NCBI GenBank assembly: GCA_965203445.1
Contig: OZ241883.1
Coordinates: 160,001-224,000 of the forward strand
Source of the DNA: Candidatus Oxydemutator sp.
GTDB taxonomy: Bacteria > Pseudomonadota > Gammaproteobacteria > Poriferisulfidales > Oxydemutatoraceae
Reading direction: 5' to 3'
DNA: 64,000 nucleotides
Shown: piece after piece, positions 49,723 to 59,439 of the stretch
Layout: the number at the start of each line of letters is the position of its first letter
Numbering within the stretch: the stretch's first letter is position 1
Notes under the pieces: model-generated
Databases searched by the model: none
What the model was told of the DNA's origin: nothing
What the model saw: only the letters and a program-made list of their open reading frames with translations
Translations under genes and position numbers: made by a program

Positions 49723-50310
49723 CTAAGAGTCCTCCACGCCGTCGAAGCGGTAAAAAGAAAGCGTCAGATCGGCCGCCAGGCCGTCGCCGTCGCCATGCGT
49801 CAGGCGTTCGCCGGCGACGTGCACGATGACCGGGCGATAGGCCGCCAGGGCGCGCTTGAACGCCAGGTAATCGAAGTAGGCGCCGTGCAGTTTCCAGGTC
49901 GCGCGCGCGTGCGCGAACGGCGCCGTGGCCGCGTCCCACGCGGCCGCGACGTCCATGCCGACCACGCGCATGCGGCAGTCGCGCGCCAGGCGGTTCAGAT
50001 CCCGGTGCACCTCGCGCAGCGGCACGTCGGCGCGCAGTTCACGCACCAGCGACAACGCCGCGGACCGCGCCGCGTCCGCGGCTTGCGCGGCCTCGCGGTG
50101 GCGCCGTTCGGCCGCGGCGGCGCGCGCCACAACCTGCGGTATCGCGGCGGCCGCGGCGCGTATGCGTTCGTTGGCGACCGCCGCCGGGCGCACGAAACCG
50201 AAAAAATAAACCGCCAGCAGGAGCGTGCAGAGCGCCGCCGACAGCGCCGGCGGAGTCAGCCACCGACGCACGCCGGGCGGCACCGAGACGACAGCGGGCA
50301 GGCGCCTCAT
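49723..50310 (-). CDS. PilO-like protein
   Basis: N-terminal TM, coiled coil, LHGAYFDYLAF; operon position. Confidence 0.6.
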   Translation of the reverse strand: MRRLPAVVSVPPGVRRWLTPPALSAALCTLLLAVYFFGFVRPAAVANERIRAAAAAIPQVVARAAAAERRHREAAQAADAARSAALSLVRELRADVPLREVHRDLNRLARDCRMRVVGMDVAAAWDAATAPFAHARATWKLHGAYFDYLAFKRALAAYRPVIVHVAGERLTHGDGDGLAADLTLSFYRFDGVEDS

Positions 50311-51821
50311 GCGGCCTTCGCCCCCTCGTCTATCGTACATTCGATTTCAAAGCGCTTGGCGCCGCCGGCGCCCCCCGGAGAAACGCCGTCTATCGTGACC
50401 TTGCGAATGCCCTCGGTATTTTCGAGGCGTTCGGCAAAAGCCGCGATGGCCTCGTACGACGGCGCGATTCCGGTCAGGCGGCAGCGCGCGGGCGACGCGC
50501 AGTCGAGCCGCTCCAGACGCAGGCCGCCCGCGACCGCGAGGCCCAGGTTCTCGAGCAGGCGCGGGATACGCTCCTGGCGCCCGAACAAGTCGCCCGCGGC
50601 GGCGCGCATCTTGCTCCAGCGCACGAGCCGGCGCTCGGCGGCCTCGGCGGCCTCGGCGTGGCGGCGGTGCTCGGCGTCGAGCGCCGCGTGGCGCTCGGCG
50701 TGCGCGGCCAACGCGAAGCTTTGCGTATGCAGTTCCCGCTGCCACGCCGCGAGCGCCAGCGCCAGCGCCAGCGACACCAGACAATACGCCGCCGCGGCGC
50801 GGTAATCCGGTGCCTCGCGCACGACGAAGCCGGCCGGCGCCGGACGCCGTGCGGCGACCAGCCTCGCCGGCAGGGAAGCCGGGCGCGGCGCGACCTCGGT
50901 GCGCCAGCGCGCGAGCGCCAACGCGCGGCTCAGTGAATGATCGAGGTTCGCGTCGGCGTCGGCACCGACGGCGACCGGCGCCAGGCGAACGCCGGGCAAC
51001 AACGGGCGCAACGACGCCAAGCGCGCCTCGCATACCTTCGAGTCGAGCGTCGTGGCAAGCTCGAGCGCGGCCGCCGCGGCCGCTTGCGGCGCCCGTGCGG
51101 CGCATCCCCGCAACTCGGCGGCCAGGCGACCCAGCGCCGGTTTCAACGCGGCTTCATCGGCCCGCCCGTCCAGGATCAGGCGCCGATCGGCGGCGCCGAT
51201 CTCGAGCGCACTCAGATCGAAGGCGCGCGCGGCGAAGCACGCGACGTAGGCGTCGCACTCGTCGAGCACCAGAAAACGGCGCGGCTTCCCGCAAGCGAGC
51301 GCGGCGTAGTAATAATCGAGACACGCAAGCCCGACGACGCGCAAGCGCGCCCCGGTGGCGCGCGCGGCGGCGAACAACTCGTGACAGAAAGCGACTTCTT
51401 CCTTGGGCGCCACCATCAGCAATAGCGAGACGCGGCGCGACGCGGCGTCGCGCGACGTGACCTGCCAGGCGAGTTCGTGCGTGCCCGAGGTCACGCCGAA
51501 ATGCCTGCGCCACAACTGCGCGCCGGCGACGACGCGCCTGAGCTCGCGCGATTTCATCCACGGCAGCGTCACGATCGAAGCGCGGCCGCGGCTGTACGGC
51601 AGCGTCGTCACGCAGCCGCCGCCGCGGACGCCGGCGTCGCCCAGGCATCGCGCCAGCGCCGCGCCGCACTCCCGCGCGCACTCGCGCATCCGTTCCCAAT
51701 CGGCGTAACCCAGCGGCGCGTGTGCCGCCGCCAGAACCCGCCGCCCGCGACGATCCACGCGCACGACGCGAATCGCCGACGGCGACAATGCGACCCCGAT
51801 GCTGTCTTCCGTTTGTGCCAC
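50307..51821 (-). CDS. PilM-PilN-like fusion protein
   Basis: IGVALSPSAIRVV PilM-like start; internal TM; C-terminal LTGIAPSYEAIAAFAERLE PilN-like segment. Confidence 0.62.
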   Translation of the reverse strand: MAQTEDSIGVALSPSAIRVVRVDRRGRRVLAAAHAPLGYADWERMRECARECGAALARCLGDAGVRGGGCVTTLPYSRGRASIVTLPWMKSRELRRVVAGAQLWRRHFGVTSGTHELAWQVTSRDAASRRVSLLLMVAPKEEVAFCHELFAAARATGARLRVVGLACLDYYYAALACGKPRRFLVLDECDAYVACFAARAFDLSALEIGAADRRLILDGRADEAALKPALGRLAAELRGCAARAPQAAAAAALELATTLDSKVCEARLASLRPLLPGVRLAPVAVGADADANLDHSLSRALALARWRTEVAPRPASLPARLVAARRPAPAGFVVREAPDYRAAAAYCLVSLALALALAAWQRELHTQSFALAAHAERHAALDAEHRRHAEAAEAAERRLVRWSKMRAAAGDLFGRQERIPRLLENLGLAVAGGLRLERLDCASPARCRLTGIAPSYEAIAAFAERLENTEGIRKVTIDGVSPGGAGGAKRFEIECTIDEGAKAA

Positions 51822-51992
51822 GTCCGCGCCTCCGAGAGCAGTCTCGCGCGGCGCGGCGCGCGCGCCGCAATTTCACGGACGAACGCGCGCAAATAGCCGA
51901 CGAACAGCAGGCCCGGGCGCCGCCGGGCGCGGGCGCCGCGCAAGACTCGCGCGAACGAACAATACCGGAAACGGCACAGCGGGCGCCGGTCG

Positions 51993-53546
51993 CTATTCGA
52001 CGCCCCTCTGCAAGCGCCTGAGCCACGGCGAGACCGCAAGCAACGCCAGCCCGAAACCGACCCCGGCGTAGAACAGCAGCTCGAACAGCCCGCGGTAGGC
52101 GTCGAGCAGCACGGCCGCCTGCGGCGCGCCGGCGCGCACGTCCACGCTGGCCATGGCCGCGAGCACGCCGGACACGTAATCGGCGAAGGCCGTCGCCAGA
52201 AACCACGTGCCCATCATCATGCCGGTCACGCGCGCCGGCGTCAGCTTCGTGATCATGGACAGGCCGACCGGCGACAGGCACAGTTCGCCGGTGGTGTGCA
52301 GCAGGTAGGCCAGGACGATCCAGATCACCGCCACCTTGCCGGCCTCGTCGGCCAGCGCGATGCCGAGCACCAGCGCGCCGAAGCCCAGCCCGGCCTGGAC
52401 GATGGCGAGCGCGAACTTCGCGGCGACGCCCGGTTCGCGCCGGCGCCGCGCAAGCGCCGCCCACAACGCGGCGAACGGCAGGCCCAACAACAGGATGAAT
52501 CCGGCGTTCAGCGACTGAAACTGCGACGCGGCGATCTCGACGCCGGCCAGCTCGCGATCCACGACGCGGTCGGTGAACAGGTTCATGGACGACCCGGCCT
52601 GCTCGAACAACGCCCAGAAACAGACCCCGCAAAACGTCAGCACGATGACCAGCGTCATGCGCGCGCGTTCGTCGCGGGTGCAGTTCTTCAGCATGTACCA
52701 GACGAAGAAACCGTAGGCCAGGGCCAGCGTGGCCACCAGCGCCTGCCCGACCAGCGGCGGGCGCTGCACCATGAACCAGGCCAGCGCGGTCAGCAGCAGC
52801 GCGCCGAGATAAATCGCCCGCTCGCGGGTAACGCCCGGGACGCCGGCGACGACCGGCTCGAGCAACCATTGCGGGCGCGGCGGCTCCATGGTGCCGGCCA
52901 GGTGGCGCCGCCCGCGCAAAAACACCAGCAGCCCCGCGACCATGCCGACGCCGGCGAGACCGAAACCGTAGCGCCAGCCGTAGAACTCGCCGATGCCGCC
53001 GACGATCAGCGTCGAAAGAAAGGCGCCCAGGTTGATGCCCATGTAGAAAATGGTAAAACCGCCGTCGCGGCGCGCGTCGCCCTCGGCGTAGAGTCTGCCG
53101 ACGGCGCTCGAGACGCTGGGCTTGAGAAAGCCGACGCCGGCGATGATCAGCGCGAGCGACAGATAGAAAATCTGCTCGACGGCGTCGTCGCGCCGCACCT
53201 CGCCGGCGACGACGACCGCGGGATCGCCCTCGACCGCCATCCCCAGATGGCCCAGCGACAGCAGCACGCCGCCGAGCACGACGGCCTTGCGAAATCCGAG
53301 CCAGCGGTCGGCGACGATGCCGCCGATGACCGGCAGCGCATAGACCATTCCCAGATAGGCGCCGTAGATATGGCCGGCTTCCTGGTCGGAAAACAGAAAG
53401 TGCCGCGTCAGGTAGAGCACCAGCAGCGCGCGCATACCGTAGAACGAAAAGCGCTCCCACATCTCGGTCGCGAACAGGACGTACAGCCCGCGCGGGTGGC
53501 CGAACGGCTCTCCCGGCGACGTCGCGGCGCGGATCGTGGCGGTCAT
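51993..53546 (-). CDS. POT/PTR family peptide:H+ symporter
   Basis: GHPRGL, EMWERFSFYGMR, FYMGINLG and GELCLSPVGLS motifs. Confidence 0.95.
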   Translation of the reverse strand: MTATIRAATSPGEPFGHPRGLYVLFATEMWERFSFYGMRALLVLYLTRHFLFSDQEAGHIYGAYLGMVYALPVIGGIVADRWLGFRKAVVLGGVLLSLGHLGMAVEGDPAVVVAGEVRRDDAVEQIFYLSLALIIAGVGFLKPSVSSAVGRLYAEGDARRDGGFTIFYMGINLGAFLSTLIVGGIGEFYGWRYGFGLAGVGMVAGLLVFLRGRRHLAGTMEPPRPQWLLEPVVAGVPGVTRERAIYLGALLLTALAWFMVQRPPLVGQALVATLALAYGFFVWYMLKNCTRDERARMTLVIVLTFCGVCFWALFEQAGSSMNLFTDRVVDRELAGVEIAASQFQSLNAGFILLLGLPFAALWAALARRRREPGVAAKFALAIVQAGLGFGALVLGIALADEAGKVAVIWIVLAYLLHTTGELCLSPVGLSMITKLTPARVTGMMMGTWFLATAFADYVSGVLAAMASVDVRAGAPQAAVLLDAYRGLFELLFYAGVGFGLALLAVSPWLRRLQRGVE

Positions 53547-53607
53547 CGTGGTCTTAGGTCGGGGCAGGCAATTTTCGCGGCAGGCGCACGTTCCGGCAAC
53601 GCCGGGC

Positions 53608-53613
53608 TATAAT
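53608..53613 (+). promoter_or_regulatory. -10 element of the tRNA-Leu promoter
   Basis: TATAAT in a GC-rich context 10 bp upstream of the tRNA. Confidence 0.55.
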
Positions 53614-53623
53614 AACGCGCCGC

Positions 53624-53706
53624 GCCGGGGTGGCGGAACGGCAGACGCGCCGGACTCAAAATCCGGTGGGGTAACACCCGTGTGGGTTCGAATCCCACCC
53701 CCGGTA
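53624..53706 (+). tRNA. tRNA-Leu (CAA), CCA not encoded
   Basis: GCCGGGG...CCGGACTCAAAATCCGG, variable arm, GGTTCGAATCC...CCCCGGTA. Confidence 0.95.
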
Positions 53707-53773
53707 GCAAGCCGACCACGGGCCTGCGTCCGGTTCGCGGGCCGCGCCACCGCGCGCAAAAGACGAACCCGGA

Positions 53774-54307
53774 TCAACGCGCGTCGCGGCGCTCGCGCAG
53801 CGCCCCGACGAAGGGCAGATGGCGCCAGCGTTCATCGCAGTCGAGACCGTAGCCGACGACGAAACGGTCGCCGACGGTGAAGCCGACGTAATCGGCGCGC
53901 ACGTCCGCGCGGCGGCGCGCGGGCTTGTCCAGCAGCGTAACGACGCGCACCGACGCGGCGCGCGCGCCGAAATAGTTCAGCAGCCATCGCAGCGACGCAC
54001 CGGTATCTACGACGTCCTCGACGAGCACGACGTCGCGCCCGGCGCAGTCGGCGCGCGGCGCGCTTTGCAGCGTGACGCCGCCGGCCTCGCGCCCTCGATA
54101 GCTGGCGAGGCGCACGAAGTCGCACTGCACCTCCGTGCCGACGCGGCGCACCAGATCCGCCATGAACACCCAGGCGCCGGTCAGCACGCCAATGAACAAC
54201 GGCACGCCGGCGTCCGGCAGGTCGCGCGAAAGTTCCCGCGCCAACTCGCCGACGCGCGTCTCGATCCGCGCCGCCGTGAACAAAACCTCGACCGGATCGT
54301 CCGTCAC
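53774..54307 (-). CDS. hpt: Hypoxanthine phosphoribosyltransferase
   Basis: GVLTGAWVFMADL, LVEDVVDTG, LLDKP and FVVGYGLD motifs. Confidence 0.92.
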   Translation of the reverse strand: MTDDPVEVLFTAARIETRVGELARELSRDLPDAGVPLFIGVLTGAWVFMADLVRRVGTEVQCDFVRLASYRGREAGGVTLQSAPRADCAGRDVVLVEDVVDTGASLRWLLNYFGARAASVRVVTLLDKPARRRADVRADYVGFTVGDRFVVGYGLDCDERWRHLPFVGALRERRDAR

Positions 54308-55116
54308 TTTGCGGTGGCGCCGGTCAAGGCGTCGAGCACGATGCGCACGGCGGCGCGGTCCCTGGCGTCGCGGCGGCGGCTTTTCTCGCGCGCGGCGGTG
54401 TTGGACATGAACGATTTCTTCAGCGGCCACACGTCCGACACCACGAACAACGCGCCCGCCGCTATGCCGGCCACGGCCGCGGCGCCGCACACCGCGGAAC
54501 CTTCCATGTCGACGCCGATGCAGCCGTGTTCGGCGGCCATCCGCTCGAGATGCGGAAACTGCAACACGAGGCTGTCCACGCTGGCGACGACGCCGCGATG
54601 CAGCACCGGATCGCGCCCGCCGCCGCAGCGTTTGCGCGCGGCCGCGGCGACGCGCCGCGACAACTCCGGCGCGGGCGCAATCGGCGTGAACAGACAATCG
54701 GCCAGATCGGGCGCGAGGTAGCGCGAAAAACCCTCGCCGCGCAGCATTTTCTCCGGCAGCAACAGATCGCCGATGCGCATGTTCGCGTCAAGGCCGCCGG
54801 CGGAACCGGTCAGCATCAGCAGCTCGCACGGCGTGCACGCGAGCGCCGCGACGACGTCGCCGGTGCGCGCCGCGCCGATACCGGGGCACAGCAGCGTCAC
54901 CGCCTCGTCGCGGTAGCGCAGCTCCCAGACCAAACCCTCGACCAGCGTATCCAGCCGTTGCGCGCACCGCCCGAAAACCTCGCCGCCCCAGATGGGCGAC
55001 AGCACCACTTTGCGCCGAATCCGCCGCGGCTCGCAGCGCAGCAAAGCCCGGACGACGTCGGCGGCGGCGACGCCGTAGTCGTCCAGACGCAAAAAAGCGG
55101 GCAGACCCTTCGCCAT
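54304..55116 (-). CDS. Nucleoside phosphorylase family (PNP_UDP_1) protein
   Basis: GIGA, TGSAGGL, RGEGFS, GVDMEGSA and VVSD motifs. Confidence 0.85.
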   Translation of the reverse strand: MAKGLPAFLRLDDYGVAAADVVRALLRCEPRRIRRKVVLSPIWGGEVFGRCAQRLDTLVEGLVWELRYRDEAVTLLCPGIGAARTGDVVAALACTPCELLMLTGSAGGLDANMRIGDLLLPEKMLRGEGFSRYLAPDLADCLFTPIAPAPELSRRVAAAARKRCGGGRDPVLHRGVVASVDSLVLQFPHLERMAAEHGCIGVDMEGSAVCGAAAVAGIAAGALFVVSDVWPLKKSFMSNTAAREKSRRRDARDRAAVRIVLDALTGATAK

Positions 55117-55139
55117 GAACCGGTCGCAACGGCGGCCGT

Positions 55140-56681
55140 TCAGGCGCGCGCCTCGCGGCGCAGCGCCATCCAGACGCATACCATCATACCCAGAAGCACG
55201 AAGGCGAACGGCAGCCCGGTGATCAACGACGCCGCCTGCAACGACGTCAGGCCGCCGCCCAACAGCAACGCGATCGCGACCAGTCCCTCGAGGCCGCACC
55301 AGAACACGTGCTGCGCCCTGGGCGTGCCCAGCTTGCCGCCCGCCGAGATGTTGTTGACGACCAGCGAGGCGGAGTCCGACGACGTGATGAAGAACACCAT
55401 CAGCAGGATGACGCTGGCGAAGGAGATCAGGCCGGCCAGCGGCAGCCGCTCGAGCATCTTGAACAGCACCAGTTCGGGGCGCCACGCGGCTATCGCCTCG
55501 GTCACGCCGGTGTAGCCCTCGACGATGAACTGGTGCAGCGCGGTGCCGCCGAAGATGCCCATCCACAACAGACAGCACAGCGTCGGCAGCAGCAGCACCC
55601 CGATCACGAACTCGCGGATCGTGCGTCCTTTCGAGACGCGCGCGATGAACATGCCGACGGCCGGCGCCCACGCGATCCACCAGGCCCAGTAAAACGTCGT
55701 CCAGCCGTGCATGAAATCGAGGTCGCGGCGCCCCACCCAGTTGCTCAGCGGCACGAACTTGGCGGCATAGTCGACCAGGCCGGCGCGCAGGCCGTCGAAG
55801 ATGTACAGGGTCGGCCCGGCCGCCAGCACGAACAGCGCCAGCGCCAGCGCCAGCAGCGCGTTGAACTGGCTCAGGCGCTTGATGCCGACGTCGATCCCCG
55901 CCAGCACCGAGATCGTGGCGCAGGCGGTGACGACGACGATGAACGCCACCTGGGCGAACTCGTTCGACGGCACCCCAAACAGGTAGTTGAGGCCGGCCAC
56001 GGCCTGCCCGGCGCCGATGCCGAGCGACGTGGCCAGGCCGAACAGGGTGGCGAAGATCGCGAGCACGTCCACGACGTGCCCCGGCCACCCCCAGACGCGC
56101 TCGCCGAACAGCGGCTGGAAGGCCGAGCGGATGGTCAGCGGCAGCCCCCGGTTGTACGCGAAAAACGCAAGGCTCAGACCGACGGTCGCGTAGAACGACC
56201 ACGCCGACAGTCCCCAGTGAAAGGTCGAGGCGGATATGCCGATGGCGCGCGCCGCCTCGGTGTCGGCGGGGTCTATGCCGAGCGGCGGTTTGCGGTAGTA
56301 GTACACCGGCTCGAGCACGCCGTAGAACAACAGGCCGATGGCGACGCCGGCGGTGAACAACATCGAAAACCAGGCGCTGCGGGAGTATTCGGGGCGCGCC
56401 CGCGCGCCGCCGAGGCGCACGCGGCCCAGCGGCGACAGCACCAGGAACAGACAGAACAGGAACAGCAGGTTGCCGACGCCCATGAACACCCAGTCAAACT
56501 GCGTGGTGATGTCCACGCGCAACCCGCCCAACAATTCCGCGGCGCGCTCCCTGAACACCAGGGCCGCAAGGATGAACGCCACGGTGACGACCGACGAGAC
56601 CACGAACACCGGGGCGTTGACGTCGAAACCGGGCATCCGGACGTTGCCGCTCCCGGCTTGAGGTGCCGGCACGGTGTCCAT
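55140..56681 (-). CDS. BCCT family transporter
   Basis: WFSMLF, FHWGL, WTTFYWAWWIAWAP, FIARVSKGRTIREF and FFITSSDS motifs. Confidence 0.95.
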   Translation of the reverse strand: MDTVPAPQAGSGNVRMPGFDVNAPVFVVSSVVTVAFILAALVFRERAAELLGGLRVDITTQFDWVFMGVGNLLFLFCLFLVLSPLGRVRLGGARARPEYSRSAWFSMLFTAGVAIGLLFYGVLEPVYYYRKPPLGIDPADTEAARAIGISASTFHWGLSAWSFYATVGLSLAFFAYNRGLPLTIRSAFQPLFGERVWGWPGHVVDVLAIFATLFGLATSLGIGAGQAVAGLNYLFGVPSNEFAQVAFIVVVTACATISVLAGIDVGIKRLSQFNALLALALALFVLAAGPTLYIFDGLRAGLVDYAAKFVPLSNWVGRRDLDFMHGWTTFYWAWWIAWAPAVGMFIARVSKGRTIREFVIGVLLLPTLCCLLWMGIFGGTALHQFIVEGYTGVTEAIAAWRPELVLFKMLERLPLAGLISFASVILLMVFFITSSDSASLVVNNISAGGKLGTPRAQHVFWCGLEGLVAIALLLGGGLTSLQAASLITGLPFAFVLLGMMVCVWMALRREARA

Positions 56682-56684
56682 CGC

Positions 56685-58070
56685 CTATCGGTAGAGATCG
56701 AAGTAGTAGCGCACGTTGACGTTGTAGCGCTTGTGCCAACGGTCGTTGCCGTTGGCGCCGACGTGGTTGACGCCGTAGAGGCTGGTGTAGTCGTCCCCTT
56801 CGTTGCCGATGAAGAAGTTGCCCTTGGCCACGCCCACCTCGGTATAGACGTACAGGTCGCCGCTGAAATCCCACACCGCCCCGCCCGTCCACGTCGGGCT
56901 GTGTGCAAGACCGCTCCTGGTCTTCATCAGCGCGCTCCACTCGACAAACGGCGTGACGCCGTCCAGCCACGACAGCCCGGAGACGTCCGCGCCCCGGTAG
57001 CGCAGCGACAGCGCCGGTATCCAGCCCGCGGCCGCCACCGGCCACGCAAAATCATACGCGCCCATCGGGATCAGATCGCCGGTTCCCCACGGCGTGTCGT
57101 CGGTGACGTCGTACTCGTAGTAGGTGATCTGCGAAAGCAGAGAAAAATCGCCGAGCGCGTTCTCGGCGTGCATCGAGACCGCAAAATGATCGGCGCCGTC
57201 GTCCTCGACGTTGGTTCCGTCGAGCAGCCCGTATTGAAAGGACGCCCCCACGGTGCCGTAGTCCGCGGTCGCGTAGAGCAGGCGCAGGTTGAACTGGTGC
57301 CGCTCCTCGAAACCGTTGCGGCCGCAGGCGAAGACGGCACCGGCGGCGTCGGCGCAACTGCTCCAGCGCACCGGGTCGTAGCTGTAGCGCGCACTGTCGC
57401 GGCTGTCGCCGTCCCAGTGTCCCTCGTCGGCCAGATAGTAGGCGGCGTCGACGGTCACCTCGCCGAAGGATTTGGTCCAGCGCACGCCGAAGTCCCTGTC
57501 GTCGGACAGGCCGACGTAGAAATGCTGGTCGAAAAACCAGCTGGTCGAGACTCCCCACGGCCCGGGGCCGAAGGGCACGCGTACGATGCCGGCCTTGAAC
57601 GTGCCGTAGTCCCGTGAGCGGTAGCCGAGCCACGCCGTGTGCATCATCGCGTAGGTGTCATAAAACCGGTATTCGGCCCTGCCGATAACGTTGCCGCGCT
57701 CGAGGTCGGCGTGAAAACGCAGCAACTCCAGGTCGACGTCGCCGATTTTGTCGCCTCTGCGGGTCGGGCGGCGGGTGTCGTTGTCGCGGTAGTCGCCGTA
57801 AACGTAGTTGACGCCCAACGCGCCGCCGACGCTCAGCGGTTTTTTCCGCGGCGCCGGCTTCGCGGCGGCACGGCGCGCCTCGGACTCGGCCAGCCGGCGA
57901 CGCGTCTCGGCCAACTCGCGCGTAAGCTCGCCGATGCGCTCGCGCAAAACCTCGACGTCATCGGCCGCGGCCGCACGCGGCGACGGCGGCCAGGCGAGCA
58001 GCAACGAGACGGCGCAACCGGCGGCAAACCATCCCTTGTATATACGCTTAACGTGCATGAACGCGGACAA
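56685..58070 (-). CDS. Putative outer-membrane porin
   Basis: Signal peptide, short coiled coil, aromatic/Gly/Asp-rich beta strands, C-terminal YNVNVRYYF. Confidence 0.75.
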   Translation of the reverse strand: MSAFMHVKRIYKGWFAAGCAVSLLLAWPPSPRAAAADDVEVLRERIGELTRELAETRRRLAESEARRAAAKPAPRKKPLSVGGALGVNYVYGDYRDNDTRRPTRRGDKIGDVDLELLRFHADLERGNVIGRAEYRFYDTYAMMHTAWLGYRSRDYGTFKAGIVRVPFGPGPWGVSTSWFFDQHFYVGLSDDRDFGVRWTKSFGEVTVDAAYYLADEGHWDGDSRDSARYSYDPVRWSSCADAAGAVFACGRNGFEERHQFNLRLLYATADYGTVGASFQYGLLDGTNVEDDGADHFAVSMHAENALGDFSLLSQITYYEYDVTDDTPWGTGDLIPMGAYDFAWPVAAAGWIPALSLRYRGADVSGLSWLDGVTPFVEWSALMKTRSGLAHSPTWTGGAVWDFSGDLYVYTEVGVAKGNFFIGNEGDDYTSLYGVNHVGANGNDRWHKRYNVNVRYYFDLYR

Positions 58071-58104
58071 TGGGGCGATACGATAACACGTCCGGGGGCG
58101 CCGC

Positions 58105-59430
58105 CTAAGCGCGGCACGCGCGCGGCGCGTACGGGTTCGGCGTCGCGTGAAACTCGAGCGAGACCGGGGTGCCGGTCAAACGCAGTTCCTTGCGCAGGTA
58201 CGCGGCGAGATAGCGCTTGTAATCCGGCGCCAGCCGGTGCACGCGGCTGCCGTGGATCACGAAGTGCGGCGGATGGCTGCCGCCCTGGTGCATGTAGCGC
58301 AGTTTGACCGCGCCGCGCACGGCCGGCGGCGGGTGGCGCGCGAGCGCGGCCTGCAACAGGCGGTTGCACTCGGGCGTCGGCACGCGCACCGAGGCCTGGT
58401 CCCACGCCGACACGGCCGCGCGCAGCAGGCCGGCCACGCCGTCGCCGCGCAACGCCGACACGCGGCGCACCTCGACGTAGTCGAGAAAACGCAGGCGCGT
58501 ATCCACGCTGCGGCGGACTTCGGCCTCGCCGCGCGCGGCCACCAGGTCCCACTTGTTGAGCGCCACGACCAGCGCGCGCCCGTGCTCGACGACGCGCGCC
58601 GCAAGATTCGCGTCCTGGTCGGTCACGCCCGCGCCGGCGTCGCACATCAGCACCGCGACGCCGGCGGAATAGACGTTCTCCAGCGTCTTCAACGTGCTGA
58701 TCTTCTCGGCGCCGGCGGAGGTCCTGGCGCGGCGGCGGACGCCGGCGGTGTCCACCAGCGTCAGCGCGCGCCCGCGGAACGAAAACGGCACCGCGATCGC
58801 GTCGCGCGTCGTGCCCGGTTCGTCGCAGGTCACCAGGCGCTCGTCTTGCAGCAGGCGGTTGATCAGCGTGGACTTGCCGGCGTTGGGGCGTCCTATGAAC
58901 GCGACGCGCACGCGGTGCCCGGCGGCGGCGCAAGCCTCGCCGCCGCGCCCCAACAGCTCGCGCGCGAGCAGGCCGACGCCGGCGGAGGTCGCGCGCCGCG
59001 CCGACGTGCAGAACACCGGCGCGACGCCGAGCGCGGCGAACTCGCCGACGAGCGCGCCGCGCTCGCGCCCGTCGCTCTTGTTGACGATAAGCCACGACGG
59101 CTTGCCGCATCTGCGCAGTTCGGCGGCGAGCAGTTCATCGCCGGGCGTCACACCCTCGGCGGCGCTGACGACGAGACAGACGAGGTCGGCTTCGGCGACG
59201 GCGAAGCGCGTCTGCGCCTCGACCGGTTCGGCGACGGCACCGTCCTCACCGGCGATGCCGCCGGTGTCGGCGAGCAACAGCGCGCGCGAGTCGCGGCGCA
59301 CGACACCGTAGTGGCGGTCGCGGGTAAGGCCCGGCGACGCCGACACGATGGCCGCGCGGCTTCTCGTCAGCGCGTTGAACAACGTGGATTTGCCGACGTT
59401 GGCGCGGCCCAGCAGCGCGACCTTGAACAT
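58105..59430 (-). CDS. der: Ribosome biogenesis GTPase Der
   Basis: Two G domains: GRANVGKS/DTGG/NKSD and GRPNAGKS/DTAG/NKWD. Confidence 0.96.
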   Translation of the reverse strand: MFKVALLGRANVGKSTLFNALTRSRAAIVSASPGLTRDRHYGVVRRDSRALLLADTGGIAGEDGAVAEPVEAQTRFAVAEADLVCLVVSAAEGVTPGDELLAAELRRCGKPSWLIVNKSDGRERGALVGEFAALGVAPVFCTSARRATSAGVGLLARELLGRGGEACAAAGHRVRVAFIGRPNAGKSTLINRLLQDERLVTCDEPGTTRDAIAVPFSFRGRALTLVDTAGVRRRARTSAGAEKISTLKTLENVYSAGVAVLMCDAGAGVTDQDANLAARVVEHGRALVVALNKWDLVAARGEAEVRRSVDTRLRFLDYVEVRRVSALRGDGVAGLLRAAVSAWDQASVRVPTPECNRLLQAALARHPPPAVRGAVKLRYMHQGGSHPPHFVIHGSRVHRLAPDYKRYLAAYLRKELRLTGTPVSLEFHATPNPYAPRACRA

Positions 59431-59439
59431 CGCGCGAAC

